Shown here: in pieces, positions 25,395 to 33,585 of the stretch
How positions within the stretch are numbered: position 1 is the first letter of the stretch
How the letters are laid out: every line of letters starts with the position of its first letter
Assembly: GCA_905478465.1 (NCBI GenBank)
Contig: CAJQIN010000012.1
Span: 32,890 to 96,889 of the forward strand
DNA length: 64,000 nt
Direction of reading: 5' to 3'
Source: Minisyncoccota bacterium
GTDB taxonomy: Bacteria; Patescibacteriota; Minisyncoccia; Phycocordibacterales; CAJQIN01
The notes under the pieces: model-generated
Databases searched by the model: none
What the model was told of the DNA's origin: nothing
The model's input: the letters and a program-made list of their open reading frames with translations, nothing else
Position numbers and translations under genes: made by a program

Positions 25395-26387
25395 TTATTT
25401 AATAATTAATTTTTTAAACTCTTCTACCATCGGTACTTGTTCAGCTTCTGTTCCGTATAAACGTGAAATACTTAGCGCTGTCCAATCTGCAACAAGAAGT
25501 GTCGAGAAAATCTTTTCAAAAAGAGATGCTCCATTTATTTCACGTACAATTACCTCAAATCCTTTTTCCTCAAAAATCTTTTCGGTAACATCCATTCTTT
25601 TTTGAATATGTTCATTATCATCCCTGTCTTTAAGGAAAATAAAAGTAAATTTTTCTGACAATTCTTTTGTACTATCAATAAAGTCAAAGCCCGTCATTTC
25701 ATTATGATTTAACTCTGGGAAAACATTATAAAATGCAGGAATCTTCCCTGTTTCATTAAATTTAATCTTCCAGTTATACACAAGAGGCAGATTACGAAGT
25801 GAGCTATATATAACAGGTACTTTGCCTTTTAAATTTTCTGCCAACTCCTTACCTGCACTTTCATACTCTTCAGGCTTCAAAACATTTGCCACCTGAGCAA
25901 GATCAAATGCCAATTGCCCATTTCCAATAAGCGCCGCTAAAGCAACGAGAGAATATCCAAGCGCACTTCGTGGTTGAATACCCGTAGATGGAATTTCTAT
26001 ATACGGAATATTATATTCTTTAGCTTTTTCGATCAGCTTTCCTCCTGTCGCCATAACCGCCATGGAATATCCGTGTGCAATACCGTCATCAAGAAAACTC
26101 AAAACTTCTTCAGTATTACCAGAATAAGAACTAGCAATAAGAAGACTGTCCTTCAGAAAAGACTCGTCGTAAGGAGGCATATCATAATCACGATGTACGT
26201 ATAAATCAATTCCAGGTTGCCACATTTTAATAAGTCCTGTTGAAAGATGAGATCCACCCATACCAGCTACAACAATTTGTTTATGTGCCACTTTTAAATT
26301 ATCCATATTTTCGATAATAGGTTTCCAAGAAAATTGTGTCGCAAATTTTTTTATAGCTTCTTCCATATATTTTATATTATTACACAT
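25395..26387 (-). CDS. Bifunctional phosphoglucose/phosphomannose isomerase (SIS domain, archaeal-type PGI)
   Basis: VVAGMGGSHLS motif, and it sits in the pentose-phosphate cluster. Confidence 0.7.
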   Translation of the reverse strand: MCNNIKYMEEAIKKFATQFSWKPIIENMDNLKVAHKQIVVAGMGGSHLSTGLIKMWQPGIDLYVHRDYDMPPYDESFLKDSLLIASSYSGNTEEVLSFLDDGIAHGYSMAVMATGGKLIEKAKEYNIPYIEIPSTGIQPRSALGYSLVALAALIGNGQLAFDLAQVANVLKPEEYESAGKELAENLKGKVPVIYSSLRNLPLVYNWKIKFNETGKIPAFYNVFPELNHNEMTGFDFIDSTKELSEKFTFIFLKDRDDNEHIQKRMDVTEKIFEEKGFEVIVREINGASLFEKIFSTLLVADWTALSISRLYGTEAEQVPMVEEFKKLIIK

Positions 26388-27092
26388 TTATAATTCTAAA
26401 TCAGTACAGAGAGTCACTTTTTTCATATCTTTCCATACCTGCGCTGGCATAACATGATACGGTAATTTCTCACCTTTAATCTTCTTTAACATTAAGTGTT
26501 TTTGTTCACCACATGCAAATGCTATAGCATATTCAACTTCCTGCAGAAGAAAACTAAGTGTCACAGTAAAACGTATAGAATGTTGATTCTTACCCTTCGC
26601 ATCATATCCTACTACCCACTCATCATCTAGAAACAAATCATTAAAACATTTTTCACTCTCTGGAAAAGGGAAAATACCAGCAGTATGCCCATCGTCTCCC
26701 ATACCCAATATCGCACACACAATACCCTCAGGATTTCTTTTTCTCCACATTCGCAACTGCATTTCATAATGTTGCACGGCCCTCGGCAAAGATTCCCCTT
26801 TATATATTTTAGTACCTATAATAGACACTTGTTTTTCTAATAATTTATCAAAAAAATCTGTCTGCTCAAATTGAGTGAAATTATTCACAAGCGGGTCCAT
26901 ACTAAACCTGTCATCGATAACAGACATTGTAATTCTCTCATCGACGTACTCAGCATCAACGTGTTCAAACACAGAGAAAGCAGATCCTCCAGAAAACATC
27001 AGTAATACAGGAACATCCTTATGCTCCTTCAAAAAATTATTTATTTGTTTGCCTGCCTGAACTTCAGGATGAGTATCAATACAGTATTCCAT
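26388..27092 (-). CDS. pgl: 6-phosphogluconolactonase (NagB/RpiA/DevB family)
   Basis: LLMFSGGSAFSVF motif, plus its position between pgi and gnd. Confidence 0.7.
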   Translation of the reverse strand: MEYCIDTHPEVQAGKQINNFLKEHKDVPVLLMFSGGSAFSVFEHVDAEYVDERITMSVIDDRFSMDPLVNNFTQFEQTDFFDKLLEKQVSIIGTKIYKGESLPRAVQHYEMQLRMWRKRNPEGIVCAILGMGDDGHTAGIFPFPESEKCFNDLFLDDEWVVGYDAKGKNQHSIRFTVTLSFLLQEVEYAIAFACGEQKHLMLKKIKGEKLPYHVMPAQVWKDMKKVTLCTDLEL

Positions 27093-27991
27093 TATTCACC
27101 TTTAGCATTATGTCCACCAAACATATTTCGTAATGTTGCAAGAACTTTTCCGGTATAACTTGGATTTCCTTTAGACTGCACTCGAAAATTAAAAGCTCCC
27201 TCTATAACAGGAACATCTACACCTAGTTCTTTTGCTGTCTCCACAGTCCACTGACCTTCACCGCTATGCGCAACCTCTCCAGAGATACTTTCAAGATCTT
27301 CTCCATATTGTTCATATCCATCATGCAACCAATTAACCAATCTTGACTCAATAACACTTCGACAATTATAAATACGTGATACATCAGTTAAATTAAAATC
27401 AAAATCAGAAACTTTGAGCACTTCCATACCTTCAGCAAGAGCCTGCATCATTCCGTATTCAATACCGTTATGCACCATTTTTGCGAAATGTCCTGCGCCA
27501 ATCTTTCCAAGATACTGATAACAGTCAGGTGCTGCGGCTGCCTGAAATAGAGGAAGAAGTGTCTCATAGGTATTCCGGTCACCTCCGATCAAAATACAAG
27601 CACCGTGCCTAGCTCCCCAAGGACCTCCACTCACGCCAGCATCCATAAATTTAATACCTAAATTAGAAAGCTCTTTCTCTCGACGAATAGTATTTTTGTA
27701 GAAAGAGTTACCTCCATCAATAACAATGTCTCCTTTTTGCAAAAATGGAAGAATTTCAGTAATGACATCATCTACCACAGCATGCGGCACCATGAGCCAA
27801 ATAATTCTCTGATCAGTATCAAGGTTCTTAAAAACCTCTTCATACGCATATGCAGGTACAGCACCTTTATCCGAAACTTCTTTCACAGCTTCTGGACTTC
27901 TGTTATATGCAACAATTTCAAGACCCTCTTCGAGCAATAACTGCACCATCCCTTTCCCCATTTTTCCCAAACCAATATATCCAATTTTCAT
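27092..27991 (-). CDS. gnd: 6-phosphogluconate dehydrogenase, short (about 300 aa) decarboxylating form
   Basis: MKIGYIGLGKMGKGMVQLL Rossmann N-terminus. It has the short 6PGDH form (about 300 aa) and lies next to zwf. Confidence 0.8.
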   Translation of the reverse strand: MKIGYIGLGKMGKGMVQLLLEEGLEIVAYNRSPEAVKEVSDKGAVPAYAYEEVFKNLDTDQRIIWLMVPHAVVDDVITEILPFLQKGDIVIDGGNSFYKNTIRREKELSNLGIKFMDAGVSGGPWGARHGACILIGGDRNTYETLLPLFQAAAAPDCYQYLGKIGAGHFAKMVHNGIEYGMMQALAEGMEVLKVSDFDFNLTDVSRIYNCRSVIESRLVNWLHDGYEQYGEDLESISGEVAHSGEGQWTVETAKELGVDVPVIEGAFNFRVQSKGNPSYTGKVLATLRNMFGGHNAKGE

Positions 27992-27997
27992 ACAATG

Positions 27998-29452
27998 CTA
28001 TAAATTATTTGATAATGACATGATATCTTCTGGATTATCTCCAATATGATATTTATGCAATGGAATATGCCTTAAGTTATCTTTCACGGACATAATAAAC
28101 TTCCACGATGATTTCACTTCAGCTGTATTAATAAATGATGTTTGATCTCCAGCAATACAATCAAAAAGAACTTTTTCGTAGGCATCAATATGTACAGACG
28201 CATCTTCATGATACGAGAAATAAAGTTCTTTAGGCTCTATCTTATGTTCAAATCCTGGAACTTTAACCCAAAAAAGAATTGCAATTTTTTCTTCCGGCTG
28301 AATAGAAATAGTAAGTTTATTATGTTCTTGCATTTCGTGTTGCATAGGCATAAAAGAACCTTTTGTTGCATCTTTGAAATTAATAATAATTTCTACCCGA
28401 GACTCTTTCAGGGCTTTTCCGCTAGTTAAGCGAAACGGAACACCTCTCCAGCGCCTATTTTTTATACGTGCCACCAAAGAAAAAAATGTTTCGGTATCTG
28501 AATCTTTTGCAACACCCTCTTCATCTCGAAAACCATTATACTGCGCCCGCACCACACCAGTTTTAATACTTTTTTTAGTATATTTTTGTAAATATGTAAA
28601 AACACGAGCACGCTCTTTTCGCACACTAGAACAATGTAAATCTTTTGGCTGTTCCATGGCAATAAGTGCAAGCATTTGAAGTAAGTGATTTTGTCCAACA
28701 TCACGAAGCGCACCATTGTCGTCATAAAAAACACCGCGCCCCTTAGCAGTATTACTTTCAAAAAGTTTTATATCGACAGACTCAATATGCTTCCTATTCC
28801 ACAATGGCTCAAATAGCGTATTTGAAAAACGAAATGCCAAAATATTTTGTAGTGTTTGTTTTTCAAGATAATGGTCAATACGATACACCTGTTCCTCCTT
28901 AAACAAGGTTCCCAAAAGAATATCTAGCTTCTGAGCCGTTTCAACATCTTTTCCAAAAGGTTTTTCAATAAGTATTCTAGTCCAACCATTCATATCATCA
29001 CAAGGAACAGAAAGGCCTGAATCAGCTAAATGATTTAATATAAGCTCATATAGAACAGGTGGAACTGAAAGATAGAAAAGTTTATTAGAACACTGTCCCC
29101 AACCAGCATCAATGGAGTCAAAAAGTTTCTGTGAATTGATATACGTTTCAGAAACATCAAAGTTCCCCTGAGAATACTGAACATGTTCCAAGAAAGAGAC
29201 GAGGATCGATTCATCATATGTTTTCTTTTTTAAAACAGCATCACGCACAAACTTCTGAAAATCTTCTCGACTAATATCTCGACGAGCAATACCTACAACA
29301 GCAAATTTTTCTGGAAGAAGTTTTTTTTGATACAGGTCAATAAGGGCTGGGAATATCTTCTTTTGAGCTAAATCTCCCGTCACACCAAAAATAGCAAAAA
29401 TAGTAGGGACATTATGTCGATGTATTTTTTCATTAATACCTGAATTATTCAT
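27998..29452 (-). CDS. zwf: Glucose-6-phosphate 1-dehydrogenase
   Basis: IFGVTGDLAQKKIFPAL and RIDHYLEKQTLQN motifs. Confidence 0.88.
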   Translation of the reverse strand: MNNSGINEKIHRHNVPTIFAIFGVTGDLAQKKIFPALIDLYQKKLLPEKFAVVGIARRDISREDFQKFVRDAVLKKKTYDESILVSFLEHVQYSQGNFDVSETYINSQKLFDSIDAGWGQCSNKLFYLSVPPVLYELILNHLADSGLSVPCDDMNGWTRILIEKPFGKDVETAQKLDILLGTLFKEEQVYRIDHYLEKQTLQNILAFRFSNTLFEPLWNRKHIESVDIKLFESNTAKGRGVFYDDNGALRDVGQNHLLQMLALIAMEQPKDLHCSSVRKERARVFTYLQKYTKKSIKTGVVRAQYNGFRDEEGVAKDSDTETFFSLVARIKNRRWRGVPFRLTSGKALKESRVEIIINFKDATKGSFMPMQHEMQEHNKLTISIQPEEKIAILFWVKVPGFEHKIEPKELYFSYHEDASVHIDAYEKVLFDCIAGDQTSFINTAEVKSSWKFIMSVKDNLRHIPLHKYHIGDNPEDIMSLSNNL

Positions 29453-29554
29453 AGAAGATTATTATAACAAAAAAGCACGAGGCGGTTATACAAACCGCAC
29501 TCGTACTTATTGAATTCTATTTGAAACCTCAACTATTTTTTTGTTTTTTGTGGA

Positions 29555-29824
29555 TTATAGAGCGTCTATCATCTTATTAAGCTTAGTCCTAACTCCTCCC
29601 CGTATATTGTTGGAATCAAGCACTTGACGTGCTTTATTAGCATCCTCGCAGCGCAAGGTGCCAGCCAGCAACTTGTTAACAACAGACTGATCTCTTGGCA
29701 ACATTTTTTTCAAACATCTGCCCATCTGAATTTCAACTTTTTTATGAGCCCCACTGTTAACTGCTGATTTATTTCCAGCACAATTGGTCTTCCTGACCGT
29801 TGTTGAACACATAGACATACGCAT
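29555..29824 (-). CDS. Small protein (89 aa) with a strong RBS. Its C-terminus weakly resembles the anti-sigma-28 factor FlgM.
   Basis: TAAGGAGG lies 5 nt upstream of the ATG. Compare C-terminus KARQVLDSNNIRGGVRTKLNKMIDAL with the FlgM C-terminal pattern ...AIRNGELKMDTGKIADAL. Confidence 0.35.
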   Translation of the reverse strand: MRMSMCSTTVRKTNCAGNKSAVNSGAHKKVEIQMGRCLKKMLPRDQSVVNKLLAGTLRCEDANKARQVLDSNNIRGGVRTKLNKMIDAL

Positions 29825-30047
29825 GTCCTCCTTAAAAAGAAACGAAAAGAACTATTTAACCTACACTAATAAAATACTGTACCATACTAAATAAAGTGCG
29901 CAATATTTTATTTATTTTGATAAATCAGGAATCACATGTAGCAAACTATCTGGTTCACAAACAATAGTTTCTTTACTAGTTTCGATTTGTTGACTCTTAA
30001 GAAACTTCTGCAGATCATCATGCTTCGGTCTTATAAAAAGAACAGCA

Positions 30048-30260
30048 TCATCCAAAGTTTCTACCAATAACTACAGGTAACAATATATCCGCCTCACAAA
30101 CATCATAACGTCTACACAAAAGCAACATTTCTGCTCGAACACCAGGATCATCTATAGACCTAGCGCTATACTTATATTTATTTTTCATCAAAGATGCGGC
30201 TAAAAGATGAGTATCAAAACACGAAAAATACCCGTACAGTGTTATTTTTGGAATAGGCAT
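30048..30260 (-). CDS. Hypothetical small protein that may be a thioredoxin/glutaredoxin-fold remnant. A +1 frame continues past the stop.
   Basis: MPIPKITLYGYFSCFDTHLL ... LLPVVIGRNFG-stop. Read in the +1 frame, the sequence continues DDAVLFIRPKHDDLQKFL, which loosely resembles a glutaredoxin C-terminus. Confidence 0.25.
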   Translation of the reverse strand: MPIPKITLYGYFSCFDTHLLAASLMKNKYKYSARSIDDPGVRAEMLLLCRRYDVCEADILLPVVIGRNFG

Positions 30261-30361
30261 AAAAGTCCCCTTTATAAAAGTAGTGTTCCTCACAACAGAC
30301 TCTGTATGCAGTATAGTCCTATAAAACAATTTGTAAAATTGAAATAATCACACTATCTATT

Positions 30362-30393
30362 AAAAAAACAAACGCTATTGCGTTTGTTTTTTT
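30362..30393. terminator. Bidirectional hairpin terminator immediately 3' of tRNA-Ala
   Basis: AAAAAAACAAACGC-TATT-GCGTTTGTTTTTTT. Confidence 0.65.
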
Positions 30394-30399
30394 AATTTG

Positions 30400-30473
30400 T
30401 GGACCCGAGAGGACTTGAACCCCCTGCCTCCTCAGTGCAAGTGAGGCGCTCTAGCCAGATGAGCTACGGGCCC
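30400..30473 (-). tRNA. tRNA-Ala (anticodon UGC) with the G3:U70 identity pair. CCA is not encoded.
   Basis: Reverse complement is GGGCCCGTAGCTCATCTGGCTAGAGCGCCTCACTTGCACTGAGGAGGCAGGGGGTTCAAGTCCTCTCGGGTCCA. I folded the cloverleaf by hand. Anticodon loop CTTGCAC, T-loop GGTTCAAGTCC. Confidence 0.88.
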
Positions 30474-30556
30474 AAATAAAATACATCCATAAAGGATAAA
30501 AGAAATTGTACCGAAAACAGAGCAGAAAGCAAGTATTTTACACAAAAAACAGCTTT

Positions 30557-31528
30557 CTACACCTTCAACATGGCTCTTTCAAGGATATGCCCTAAAAATT
30601 CAGACAGATCACTTCCCGACTGCACGAGCGCATGAGAAAGTAGCGAAGCTTCTGTCAAACCTGGCAAAGTGTTTACTTCCAAAAAATATACACCCCTCTT
30701 TGGATGAACAATAAAATCTGAACGTGAATAATGACGAAGACCGAGAACTTCGTGTGCAAGTTTAGTTAATCTCTGTATTTCCTTTTTTTCACTATCAAAA
30801 AATCTTCCCGGACAATACATACTATGCATGTCATCTGAATACTTTGAATCATATCCCCAGACATCAGTACCAGAAGTATCAACAATCTCCGTGGGCATCA
30901 ATGTATAATTTTCTTCTCCCCGGAAACCCTCAACAATCCCACAGGTTGCCTCTTTTCCTTGTATGTACTCTTCCACAATAACCTTATCTGCATATGTAAA
31001 AGCTTGCTCAAGTGCATCGGTTAGATCTTTTTCAGTACGAGCAACTCGCACTCCTACAGAAGACCCTCCAAAGAGTGGCTTAATAACCGAAGGTTGTGGA
31101 AATGTGTGGAATACTTCTCGCACTTTTTCTGAACATAAATCATTTTTATGCAAAACCATATGTATTGGCATACGCACATCATGCACCTTAAGTATTTTTT
31201 TTGTCATAGCTTTATTCATGCCCACTGCAGATGCCAGTGAGGTAGATCCTGTATATGAAACTTCTTCTCTCTCTAGAATACCCTGAACCTTTCCATCCTC
31301 ACCATATTCTCCATGCAGGGCATTAAACACAACATCTACTTTTTTTAAAATATCTTGCGGTTGTACAACATGGCCATCAACATGCCATTCTCCCTGTTTA
31401 GAAATAAAAATATCAATAGGAACATACCCTTCTGGAAGATGCTTTAGTACCTCCGATCCAGAAGATAGCGAAACTTCGTATTCACTCGAAGGTCCCCCTC
31501 TCAGTACACCAACAATAGTTTGCGTCAT
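30557..31528 (-). CDS. ddl: D-alanine--D-alanine ligase
   Basis: ATP-grasp enzyme. N-terminus IVGVLRGGPSSEYEVSLSSG, C-terminal ...EVNTLPGLTEASL. Confidence 0.85.
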   Translation of the reverse strand: MTQTIVGVLRGGPSSEYEVSLSSGSEVLKHLPEGYVPIDIFISKQGEWHVDGHVVQPQDILKKVDVVFNALHGEYGEDGKVQGILEREEVSYTGSTSLASAVGMNKAMTKKILKVHDVRMPIHMVLHKNDLCSEKVREVFHTFPQPSVIKPLFGGSSVGVRVARTEKDLTDALEQAFTYADKVIVEEYIQGKEATCGIVEGFRGEENYTLMPTEIVDTSGTDVWGYDSKYSDDMHSMYCPGRFFDSEKKEIQRLTKLAHEVLGLRHYSRSDFIVHPKRGVYFLEVNTLPGLTEASLLSHALVQSGSDLSEFLGHILERAMLKV

Positions 31529-31699
31529 TAAATAAGTATAACAAAAAAAGGACTTCTATTGCTACGAGCAAAGAAGTCCTTGTGTACGAAAGATAAGTGA
31601 GCTCAATCGAATAGATTACTAAAACGAAATAGACACATGGTGTCAGGTTCTAGGTCTAGAGCACATCCCCTTATCTAGATAGGGTATATCATACTCAAT

Positions 31700-32971
31700 T
31701 TATTTGTCAACCTTTTTAACCCCCTTTTTTTCAAACATTGCTGTAGAGCGTTTTTTTCTATGAAAATTAATAGCAAAACGGTGAGCCTCTATATTAGCGA
31801 GCAATACTTCTTTTTCTTTTACCGTCACACCAAGTATCATCTTAGCTCTATGTTTTGCATCTTTTGTCACAGCAACCACCGGAATCTCTACCCCACTCTC
31901 CCTCAAAACTCTTTCAATAGCATTCTTTTGTGCTTTTCCGCCATCAGCCACAATGAGTCTTGGATACTTCCACTCAGGGTGAGTCAAACGACGTTCCACT
32001 ATTTCTCTTAAAGCCTTTGTGTCATTTATACCAGGACTGTCTTTAATGATAAATTTTCTATATTCATGCGGAAGTGGTAGTCCATTTTGTACAACAGCCA
32101 TAACACCAACAACACTCCTTCCTTGAGTATGCGCAACATCATATGCTTCAATACGATATTTATCATCTTTTTTATCATGATAAACAAAACTATCATCTAC
32201 CAAAGACACATCCTTAATATGTTGTAATGCAAAAATTTGTTTTTTTATACGCTGTGCATCCTCAAACTCTTCCCTTTTTGCTGATAAAAACATATCCTTT
32301 TCAAGAGAACGTATAAGTTTCTTATTTTTACCTTGAAAAAATAAAACTAAATTTTTAATATTTTTTTTATATAAACCAGATGCATTCTTTAAAGATGTGT
32401 CAGGAAGAAGCCCTATTTGAGTATAGAAATTACTATTAGATGATTTATGCGACTTACCGTCTCTAAAAGGAAAAATCTTTCTAAGAATCTTTAAAGCCTC
32501 TTTCAAAGATTTACCATGAGGGAAAGGTCCAAAATCATGAGCAATAGAAATACCAGATAGAGAGACCTTATCATTCAAAAGATCATGTCCACGAACCAAA
32601 AGAACTCTTGGAAATTCTTCTTTTGTGATAAGAACATGGTTGAAACTTTTATTATCTTTTTCCTTACTATTATAAACAGGCTGATATTTTTTAATAAGAT
32701 TCGCCTCAAGAATAAGAGCTTCTAGTGCCGAAGGAGTCTCTTGCCAATCTATTGAATCTGACTCTTCTACCATTTTAGCAATCAAAGGACTTCTCACAAC
32801 ACTCATATCCTTCTGAAAATAACTTCGTACTCGATCTTTAAGAGACGTAGCCTTACCAATGTATAGGATATTTTTACCTTTTTTAAAAAAATATACCCCA
32901 GACACATCAGGAATATTCAACTTTAGTATATATTCATTATTCACCTCTAGAGTATAAGGTGTCGCACACAA
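31700..32971 (-). CDS. uvrC: Excinuclease ABC subunit C, short form that lacks the C-terminal HhH domain
   Basis: GIY-YIG N-terminus (GVYFFKKGKNILYIGKATSLKDRVRSYF), a UvrB-interaction helix (EEFEDAQRIKKQIFAL) and a C-terminal endonuclease domain (IEAYDVAHTQG). Confidence 0.8.
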   Translation of the reverse strand: MCATPYTLEVNNEYILKLNIPDVSGVYFFKKGKNILYIGKATSLKDRVRSYFQKDMSVVRSPLIAKMVEESDSIDWQETPSALEALILEANLIKKYQPVYNSKEKDNKSFNHVLITKEEFPRVLLVRGHDLLNDKVSLSGISIAHDFGPFPHGKSLKEALKILRKIFPFRDGKSHKSSNSNFYTQIGLLPDTSLKNASGLYKKNIKNLVLFFQGKNKKLIRSLEKDMFLSAKREEFEDAQRIKKQIFALQHIKDVSLVDDSFVYHDKKDDKYRIEAYDVAHTQGRSVVGVMAVVQNGLPLPHEYRKFIIKDSPGINDTKALREIVERRLTHPEWKYPRLIVADGGKAQKNAIERVLRESGVEIPVVAVTKDAKHRAKMILGVTVKEKEVLLANIEAHRFAINFHRKKRSTAMFEKKGVKKVDK

Positions 32972-33202
32972 ATATCAACAAAACTTATTTGCAAAAAAAT
33001 ATCAGAGGTTTACTATAATAACTAGGTCTGAACTTTTCTTATCTTTATAAGGGGAACACGGATGTCATCTTCTGGTAAATGTTTGGTGCAAAAAACAGGA
33101 CAAAAAACACCGACAAAAAAACCAAAAAAGGAAAACCCAGGAAACACATACGCAAAAAGGCTAAAACAACTCGGCAAATAGAAACCCTCACAAAAAAATA
33201 CT

Positions 33203-33231
33203 AATATCCTGTGCATATAACACAGGATATT
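33203..33231. promoter_or_regulatory. Perfect 11-bp inverted repeat (AATATCCTGTG-N7-CACAGGATATT). It lies 3 bp upstream of the -35 of the small plus-strand gene.
   Basis: Read directly from the sequence. It could be an operator or a bidirectional terminator. Confidence 0.4.
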
Positions 33232-33234
33232 TTA

Positions 33235-33262
33235 TTGCTTAAAAAATATTACATGGTATAAT
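33235..33262 (+). promoter_or_regulatory. Near-consensus sigma-70 promoter TTGCTT-N16-TATAAT, followed by RBS AGGAGG
   Basis: Read directly from the sequence. -35 at 33235-33240, -10 at 33257-33262, RBS at 33275-33280, ATG at 33286. Confidence 0.6.
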
Positions 33263-33285
33263 AAAATTTAGAAAGGAGGTTCAAT

Positions 33286-33543
33286 ATGGATCCTCTAAAA
33301 GAAATGGATCAAATTTTATCTAAAGGTACCAATATAACTCTTGCTGAGATTACTCGCTTTGGAGACATCTTAGAGAGAGTTAGGGAAGATTTAGTAGAAA
33401 AATCTAAACGCATGAATAAACTAAAGAAGCAGGTGCATGCAAAGTGTAATCACACGTTCGTCACAGAGCATCCTAAATGCTTTGAATCCTGGAAAGTTTG
33501 TACAAAATGTGGATTTTCGACAGACATTGTCTGTCGAAAATAA
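33286..33543 (+). CDS. Small Cys/His-rich protein (85 aa), a possible zinc-ribbon. It is the only plus-strand gene between uvrC and uvrA.
   Basis: Strong promoter and RBS. C-terminus HAKCNHTFVTEHPKCFESWKVCTKCGFSTDIVCRK. A hairpin terminator follows the stop. Confidence 0.6.
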   Translation: MDPLKEMDQILSKGTNITLAEITRFGDILERVREDLVEKSKRMNKLKKQVHAKCNHTFVTEHPKCFESWKVCTKCGFSTDIVCRK

Positions 33544-33544
33544 A

Positions 33545-33585
33545 TTCCTAACCTTCAAAGAGAAGTGTTAGGAATTTTTTAATAT
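33545..33585. terminator. Hairpin terminator AATTCCTAAC-N14-GTTAGGAATT followed by TTTT. It is shared by the convergent small gene and the 3' end of uvrA.
   Basis: Read directly from the sequence. Confidence 0.5.

Noticed and set aside
33022-33216. 64-aa minus-strand ORF in the uvrC upstream region
   Set aside because: It lies across the promoter and palindrome region of the plus-strand mini-gene. It has low-complexity, hydrophobic composition and no RBS. It is likely spurious.
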